Translations under genes and position numbers: made by a program
Notes under the pieces: generated by a model
Database searches by the model: none
Told to the model about the DNA's origin: nothing
The model's input: the letters and a program-made list of their open reading frames with translations, nothing else
Source of the DNA: an uncultured bacterium
Lineage (GTDB): Bacteria > Bacillota > Clostridia > Lachnospirales > Lachnospiraceae
Length of the DNA stretch: 64,000 nucleotides
Direction of reading: 5' to 3'
Assembly (NCBI GenBank): GCA_905215405.1
Contig: CAJMQE010000002.1
Span: 26,681-90,680, forward strand
Shown: positions 58,824-64,000 of the stretch, in pieces
Layout of the letters: the number at the start of each line of letters is the position of its first letter
Position numbering within the stretch: the stretch's first letter is position 1

Positions 58824-60260
58824 ATGTTACTTAAACTCACTTCCGTCCTTGAAGCACTCAATACCGTTGTAAACAGCTTTGTCTGGGGACCTGTCATGCT
58901 TTCGGTCTTTCTATTTACCGGACTGCTCTTTTCCGTCCGCTCAGGCTTTTTTCAGATCCGCTGTTTTCGAAAATGGATGTCCTCTACCATTATTGCGACC
59001 CTGACCAAAAAGACAGAAAAAAACAGTCATGATAAACATGCAATTACCCCATTTCAGTCCCTGTGTACAGCCCTGGCCGCCACCATTGGTACCGGAAACA
59101 TCACCGGTGTTGCAACCGCTCTTGTATGCGGTGGTCCGGGTGCGATCTTCTGGATGTGGATTTCTGCTCTGCTTGGCATGATGACGATCTACGCGGAAAT
59201 CAGTCTCGGCCTGAAGTACCGATTTAAAAATAAACTTGGGGAGTGGGTCGGAGGACCAATGTTTTACATTGAGCGCGGGCTTGGTATTCGCTGGCTTGCC
59301 ATAATGTTTGCAATCTGCTGTACACTGGCTTCCTTTGGAATGGGCAATATGGCGCAGGCGAACTCAATTGCTGTCGCACTTGACAGTTCTTTCTCCCTGC
59401 ATCCTCTGTATGGTGGCATCCTGATTGCTATTCTGTGTGGTGTTGTTACATTTGGTGGCATCCGTCGAATTGCTACATTTACAGAAAAGCTGGTCCCATT
59501 CATGGCCATTCTCTACATAGCTGGCAGCCTCATCATTATTTTTTCCCATTTTACGACTATCCCCTATTCATTTGCTTTAATCGTAAAAGAAGCCTTTAAT
59601 ACCAAAGCTGCCGCTGGCGGTGTTGTCGGATACGGCATCATGCAGGCTATGAAAAAAGGTATTTCCCGTGGTGTATTTTCTAATGAAGCCGGTTTGGGAA
59701 GTTCTGTCATGATTCACATTTCTTCAGATACAAAAAGTGCTCATGCACAGGGTATGTGGGGAATCTTTGAGGTTTTTACCGATACGCTTGTCATGTGTAC
59801 CCTGACTGCACTTGCAATCATGACTTCCGGTGCCTATGACTTCAACCTTTATAGTGCTGCCTATGCAAATGCATCTGTGAATCCGCTTTTTTCTACCCTG
59901 CCAAATGGTGTCACTTTGACGATCAATGCTTTCTCCAGCGTATTTGGACGATTCGGAGGAACCTTTATCTCTATTTCTGTTGTGCTATTTGCATTCTCCA
60001 CACTGGTCGGCTGGTCCTTGTTCGGCGAACGCTCTGTCCAGTACCTGCTTGGACAAAAGGCCGTTCCCGTATATAAACTTATTTTTATTCTACTGATCAT
60101 TCCTGGATCCTGCCTTGGGCTGAATCTTGTCTGGGACATTTCGGATACGCTCAATGGTCTGATGGCAATTCCAAACCTGATCGCACTGCTTCTGCTTTCC
60201 CGTGAGATCACAATGCCTTCCAGAAAGAATCTTCCCGCATTGGAAAGGGAAAGCACTTGA
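58824..60260 (+). CDS. Sodium:alanine (amino acid) symporter, AGCS family
   Basis: ...ITPFQSLCTALAATIGTGNITGVATAL..GGPGAIFWMW... is characteristic of AGCS. Start taken at MLLKLTS, after GGAGG. Confidence 0.92.
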   Translation: MLLKLTSVLEALNTVVNSFVWGPVMLSVFLFTGLLFSVRSGFFQIRCFRKWMSSTIIATLTKKTEKNSHDKHAITPFQSLCTALAATIGTGNITGVATALVCGGPGAIFWMWISALLGMMTIYAEISLGLKYRFKNKLGEWVGGPMFYIERGLGIRWLAIMFAICCTLASFGMGNMAQANSIAVALDSSFSLHPLYGGILIAILCGVVTFGGIRRIATFTEKLVPFMAILYIAGSLIIIFSHFTTIPYSFALIVKEAFNTKAAAGGVVGYGIMQAMKKGISRGVFSNEAGLGSSVMIHISSDTKSAHAQGMWGIFEVFTDTLVMCTLTALAIMTSGAYDFNLYSAAYANASVNPLFSTLPNGVTLTINAFSSVFGRFGGTFISISVVLFAFSTLVGWSLFGERSVQYLLGQKAVPVYKLIFILLIIPGSCLGLNLVWDISDTLNGLMAIPNLIALLLLSREITMPSRKNLPALEREST

Positions 60261-60329
60261 CACCATCGACTTTTCTTCACTTTTACCTGTAAAATCAAGC
60301 CGTTCTTGATGTTCTGCATTCTATGATGC

Positions 60330-60389
60330 AAAAAGCCCTGTCATATTCTGTCTTTGACACAGAGCATGGCAGGGCTGACTTATTCTTTT
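60330..60389. terminator. Bidirectional terminator between the convergent AGCS and luxS genes
   Basis: AAAAAGCCCTGTCAT...ATGGCAGGGCT followed by a T-rich tract. Confidence 0.5.
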
Positions 60390-60392
60390 CTC

Positions 60393-60872
60393 TTATTCAG
60401 GGTAAACCAGTCTTTCTTTCACTGGATTATCTAAAACTTCAGTCTTATATTTTCTCATATAGATTTTTGCAAGATTCAGATTGTTATCCAGATAGTTACC
60501 ACAGTCTCTTGGAGAATAGCCTGGGATCTCACCTTCATAGTTCAGTACAAAATCAGCCATTTCTCTAAGTACACCAATAATATCTTCTGATTTTAAATCT
60601 CCTGCAAAGATCACATAAAAACCAGTTCTGCATCCCATTGGTCCAAAATAGATTGTCTTCTTGCTCCATTCTTCATGGTTTCTAAGAAATGTTGCACCAA
60701 GGTGCTCAATTGTATGAATACCAGGATTGTCCATAGGTGCTTCGTCATTAGGTTTTGTAAAACGAAGGTCAAATGTAGTCAGGACCTCTTCGTTTAAATA
60801 ATCTTTTCTGGATACATAGATTCCTGGATACAGATTTAAATGATTTACTGTAAAACTTGCAATTTTATTCAT
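60393..60872 (-). CDS. luxS: S-ribosylhomocysteine lyase LuxS
   Basis: HTIEHL metal motif, GPMGCRTGFY, 159 aa. Confidence 0.95.
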   Translation of the reverse strand: MNKIASFTVNHLNLYPGIYVSRKDYLNEEVLTTFDLRFTKPNDEAPMDNPGIHTIEHLGATFLRNHEEWSKKTIYFGPMGCRTGFYVIFAGDLKSEDIIGVLREMADFVLNYEGEIPGYSPRDCGNYLDNNLNLAKIYMRKYKTEVLDNPVKERLVYPE

Positions 60873-61124
60873 ATTTATTCCCTTTTACGCAAAATGCGCC
60901 TTTCTATTGTTTTTACTTTGTTCCTTTTAGATAAACCAGGTACCAGTATATGTCTAGCATGGTCATCTGTTAGATCTCAGATTCATTATACCGCTATTAT
61001 AGCATAGTTTATCAGACAGTCCTACGAATTTTTCATTTATATTTCTCCACTGCGAACTCGTTGTTTTGTCTGTTACGTTACATTTTAATTTGCCTTTGTG
61101 TTGTTACAGCAACTGTAGACCATC

Positions 61125-61625
61125 CTACATACTGATCAGATCTGCTGTCTTTGCCTCTACATACGGAATCAGCACATTTGGATCAATAATAATCTGCGCT
61201 CCACGGATGCCCGCACTGATTGCGATCGTATCATACAGAATACAGGTCTCATCAATAAATGTGGGAAATTTCTTTTTCATTCCAATTGGAGAACATCCAC
61301 CACGGATATACCCTGTTATTCCAAGCAGATCTCTAACATGGATCATTTCCACTTTCTTATCTCCGACCGCTTTTGCAACTTTTTTCAAATCCAGTTCCTC
61401 GGCAACCGGGATACAACATACGACATACCCAAGTCTTTCTCCTTTCAGCACCAGTGTCTTAAATACCTGCTCCACCGGCTGACCAAGCTGGGATGCCACA
61501 TGAACTCCTGACAGATCGTTTTCATCTACTTCGTATTCCATTGTAGTATATGCAATTTTATCTCGATCCAGCAGACGCATTGCATTGGTCTTGATCTCTT
61601 TATCGTCTTTTTTATTTTTTCCCAT
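61125..61625 (-). CDS. ybaK: Cys-tRNA(Pro)/Cys-tRNA(Cys) deacylase YbaK
   Basis: ...TNAMRLLD...KIAY...FKTLV...GGCSPIG... is the YbaK/EbsC pattern. Start taken at MGKNKK, after GAGGAAAG. Confidence 0.85.
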   Translation of the reverse strand: MGKNKKDDKEIKTNAMRLLDRDKIAYTTMEYEVDENDLSGVHVASQLGQPVEQVFKTLVLKGERLGYVVCCIPVAEELDLKKVAKAVGDKKVEMIHVRDLLGITGYIRGGCSPIGMKKKFPTFIDETCILYDTIAISAGIRGAQIIIDPNVLIPYVEAKTADLISM

Positions 61626-61712
61626 ATTGTCTTTCCTCAATTCCTTCTATCCTGATAATGTCCTGTCAAATGTCTGGGGTTACCCAATATCCATAGTATT
61701 TTTGTAATGATA

Positions 61713-61970
61713 CTAAAATTCCCTCAAAATAAGTTCTGTGATGCCAGGATTATTCCCTCCGGTCACACGCACCACCTTCTGATTTCTGCAATAGCCGAAC
61801 TCTTCCGTCAACATTCTTTTCAGACTCGTTCCTCCATGATACCCATGAATGACTCTGATCCGGTAAACACCTGCTGTTGCCTCTGTAACCAGTTGTTCCA
61901 CACATTTCTGTGCTTCCAGCGCTGTTTTTCCATGTACATCTACCTCTACGATTCCACCACTTATCTGCAT
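61713..61970 (-). CDS. Small Smr-like domain protein
   Basis: 85 aa: VDVHGKTALEAQ...IRVIHGYHGGTSLKRM resembles an Smr core (hD.HG....A...IHGKG.G.L). AGGAGG lies upstream. Confidence 0.55.
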   Translation of the reverse strand: MQISGGIVEVDVHGKTALEAQKCVEQLVTEATAGVYRIRVIHGYHGGTSLKRMLTEEFGYCRNQKVVRVTGGNNPGITELILREF

Positions 61971-62074
61971 TTACTCCTCCTGCACAAATTCATTTTTCTT
62001 CTTTTGGAACCCTTCTTGTCAGGATCTTACTTTGTCCACTATTTTAACGCGATTTGTCCTGTCTTTCAAGGTAG

Positions 62075-62113
62075 AAAAAGGAGTGTCGTATCATTTCCAG
62101 ATACCACACTCCT
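62075..62113 (-). terminator. Intrinsic terminator after the glutamine synthetase gene
   Basis: The minus strand reads AGGAGTGTGG-loop-CGACACTCCTTTTT. Confidence 0.55.
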
Positions 62114-62250
62114 CTAATCAGCCCAATAGAGCGATGTTCAAAGTCTTAAACACTCTCTATCTGCATTTCTATCTCATTTTCTATTGTACTCTGTCATCCA
62201 TACTGTTTGAAACAGCATTTCAATCATATTCAGATTTTCAATTCTGGTAA

Positions 62251-64000
62251 TTAAACCTCGAACATTAAATCGCCGTATGATGGGAATGGCCAGTATTCTT
62301 TATCAACGATCATTTCAAGTCTGTCAGCTGGCTCTCTTAAAGCTAACATAGCTGGTTTTACAGTATCTCTGAAATATGTTGCCTGTGCTTTTGCATCATC
62401 AATGTCATTAGCTTTGGTATCTACATCGATCAATGCTGCATATGCTGTCTTCATTGCTTTCAGATCAGCTGATACAGTATCAAGGATTTCTTTCTGAGCA
62501 GAAGCATCTGCACCAGCTTCAGAAACTGTAACTACTGAATTAGCAAGCTCTGTTGTATAAGAAATAACAGCTGGGATGATCTGTTTTCCGGCTATATCGA
62601 TCATTGTCTTTGCTTCGATGTTGATTGCCTTTGCATAAGCTTCATATTTGATTTCTACACGAGACTGAAGTTCAGCTTCTGTAAATACACCAAATTTTTC
62701 AAATAATGCAACTGCCTTTGGCTGAATAAGTGCAGGGATTGCATCAACCATAGATGTGATGTTTGGTAATCCTCTACGTTCTGCTTCTTCAACCCATGCA
62801 TCTGAGTAACCATTTCCGTTGAATACGATTCTCTGATGGTCTGTAACAAGTTTTTTGATGATATCATGAATTGCAAGATCTTTATTATCTGCTTTTTCAA
62901 CTTCATCAGCGATTTCGCAGAAAGCTTCTGCAACAATTGTATTTAATACAACATTTGCTGGAGCGATAGAATCAGATGAACCGACCATTCTGAATTCGAA
63001 TTTATTGCCTGTGAAAGCAAATGGTGATGTTCTGTTTCTGTCTGTTGCATCTTTGTTCAGTTCAGGAAGTGCACTTGCGCCTGTATCAAGTTTACCTTTC
63101 TGGATACTGCTTGTTGCATCGCCAGTACTGATCAGCTGTGATAATACATCTTCAAGCTGTTCTCCAAGGAACATAGAAATGATAGCTGGAGGTGCTTCAT
63201 TAGCTCCAAGTCTGTGATCGTTACCAACGCATGATGCAGATTCTCTTAACAGATCAGCGTGTGTATCAACAGCTTTCATAATAGCAGCTAATACTAATAA
63301 GAACTGTCTGTTCTCATGAGGAGTCTTACCTGGTTCAAGAAGATTCATTCCTTCATCTGTAGTGATTGACCAGTTGTTATGTTTACCAGAACCATTAACA
63401 CCTGCAAATGGTTTTTCATGAAGTAAACATGTTAAGTTATGACGGTATGCTACTTTCTTTAATGTTTCCATCACTAACTGGTTATGATCAACAGCTGTAT
63501 TGCACATTGCATAAATAGGAGCTAACTCATGCTGAGCTGGAGCTACTTCGTTATGCTGTGTCTTTGAGCTGACACCGAGTTTCCATAATTCCTTGTTAGC
63601 ATCTTTCATAAATGCTGCAATTCTTTCTCTGATTGCACCAAAGTAATGATCATCTAATTCCTGACCCTTTGGAGGCATAGCACCAAAAAGTGTACGGCCA
63701 GAGAAGATCAGATCTTTTCTCTGTAAATATTTATCTCTGTCAACAATAAAGTATTCCTGTTCTGGTCCAACAGATGGAGTTACTTTCTTAGCAGTTGTAT
63801 TACCAAATAATCTTAAAATTCTTAATGCCTGTGTATTCAGGGCATCCATAGAACGAAGAAGTGGTGTCTTCTGATCCAGGGCTTCGCCTGTATAAGAACA
63901 GAATGCAGTTGGAATACAAAGTGTTGCGCCAGCAGCATCTTTCTTAACGAATGCTGGTGATGTACAATCCCATGCTGTATATCCTCTTGCTTCAAATGTT
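62251..64000 (-). CDS. glnN: Type III glutamine synthetase (GlnN), partial; the 5' end lies beyond the window end
   Basis: ...[11 protein letters not shown]...[15 protein letters not shown]...[18 protein letters not shown]...[16 protein letters not shown]... are GSIII hallmarks. The frame stays open upstream of the ORF-track Met through position 64000 (...[20 protein letters not shown]...). Confidence 0.9.
   Translation of the reverse strand, partial: TFEARGYTAWDCTSPAFVKKDAAGATLCIPTAFCSYTGEALDQKTPLLRSMDALNTQALRILRLFGNTTAKKVTPSVGPEQEYFIVDRDKYLQRKDLIFSGRTLFGAMPPKGQELDDHYFGAIRERIAAFMKDANKELWKLGVSSKTQHNEVAPAQHELAPIYAMCNTAVDHNQLVMETLKKVAYRHNLTCLLHEKPFAGVNGSGKHNNWSITTDEGMNLLEPGKTPHENRQFLLVLAAIMKAVDTHADLLRESASCVGNDHRLGANEAPPAIISMFLGEQLEDVLSQLISTGDATSSIQKGKLDTGASALPELNKDATDRNRTSPFAFTGNKFEFRMVGSSDSIAPANVVLNTIVAEAFCEIADEVEKADNKDLAIHDIIKKLVTDHQRIVFNGNGYSDAWVEEAERRGLPNITSMVDAIPALIQPKAVALFEKFGVFTEAELQSRVEIKYEAYAKAINIEAKTMIDIAGKQIIPAVISYTTELANSVVTVSEAGADASAQKEILDTVSADLKAMKTAYAALIDVDTKANDIDDAKAQATYFRDTVKPAMLALREPADRLEMIVDKEYWPFPSYGDLMFEV

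Overview
This 64-kb window looks like chromosomal DNA from a low-GC Firmicute, probably Clostridia or Lachnospiraceae-like. I judged this from gene content, GGAGG-type ribosome-binding sites and a conserved sporulation/cell-division gene order. All calls come from reading the supplied ORF translations and the raw sequence by eye. No database search or folding program was run.

Most genes are on the minus strand and most are housekeeping.
- 1-6.4 kb: an iron-siderophore ABC uptake locus with an MFS transporter and an AraC regulator.
- 6.5-7.9 kb: a split YeeE/YedE pair.
- 8-13 kb: NUDIX hydrolase, RumA-type rRNA methyltransferase, YhaM and a PDZ protein.
- 13-17.6 kb: MutS2 and an OmpR/histidine-kinase pair.
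- 18-25 kb: TrmL, an orphan CheX, a PurM-like protein, and a tightly coupled radical-SAM/Nth/exonuclease trio.
- 25-31.5 kb: M23 peptidase, tRNA-Gly and tRNA-Phe, and a GH13 / SGNH-like / TrmD run.
- 32-44.6 kb: the conserved Clostridial block ftsH-hpt-tilS-spoIIE-divIC-yabQ-yabP ... rqcP(yabO)-hup-mazG-spoVT. About 4 kb of accessory genes interrupt it (LysR regulator, amidohydrolase-like protein, permease, small ORF).
- 44.7-64 kb: an XRE/membrane pair, AlsS-like and LysR genes, an esterase plus a membrane-fused HxxxD acyltransferase, a heterodimeric ABC exporter, AlaX, a CaCA antiporter behind a yybP-ykoY-like leader, an AGCS symporter, LuxS, YbaK, a small Smr-like protein and a partial type III glutamine synthetase.

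I saw no rRNA, CRISPR array, transposase, integrase or recognisable defence system.

The features not explained by the gene list are these:
- Intergenic tandem-repeat arrays are unusually dense. The main one is seven copies of a 74-bp unit upstream of trmL, each carrying a conserved palindrome.
- The radical-SAM(DUF4080-like)/endonuclease III/DEDDh exonuclease operon.
- The esterase / acyltransferase-membrane fusion pair.
- The accessory islet between rqcP and yabP.
- Three apparent degenerate or truncated enzymes: a trypsin-like/PDZ protein, an SGNH-like protein, and a SpoIIE without its membrane domain.

I cannot show that any of these is a new system. They are leads, ranked below.
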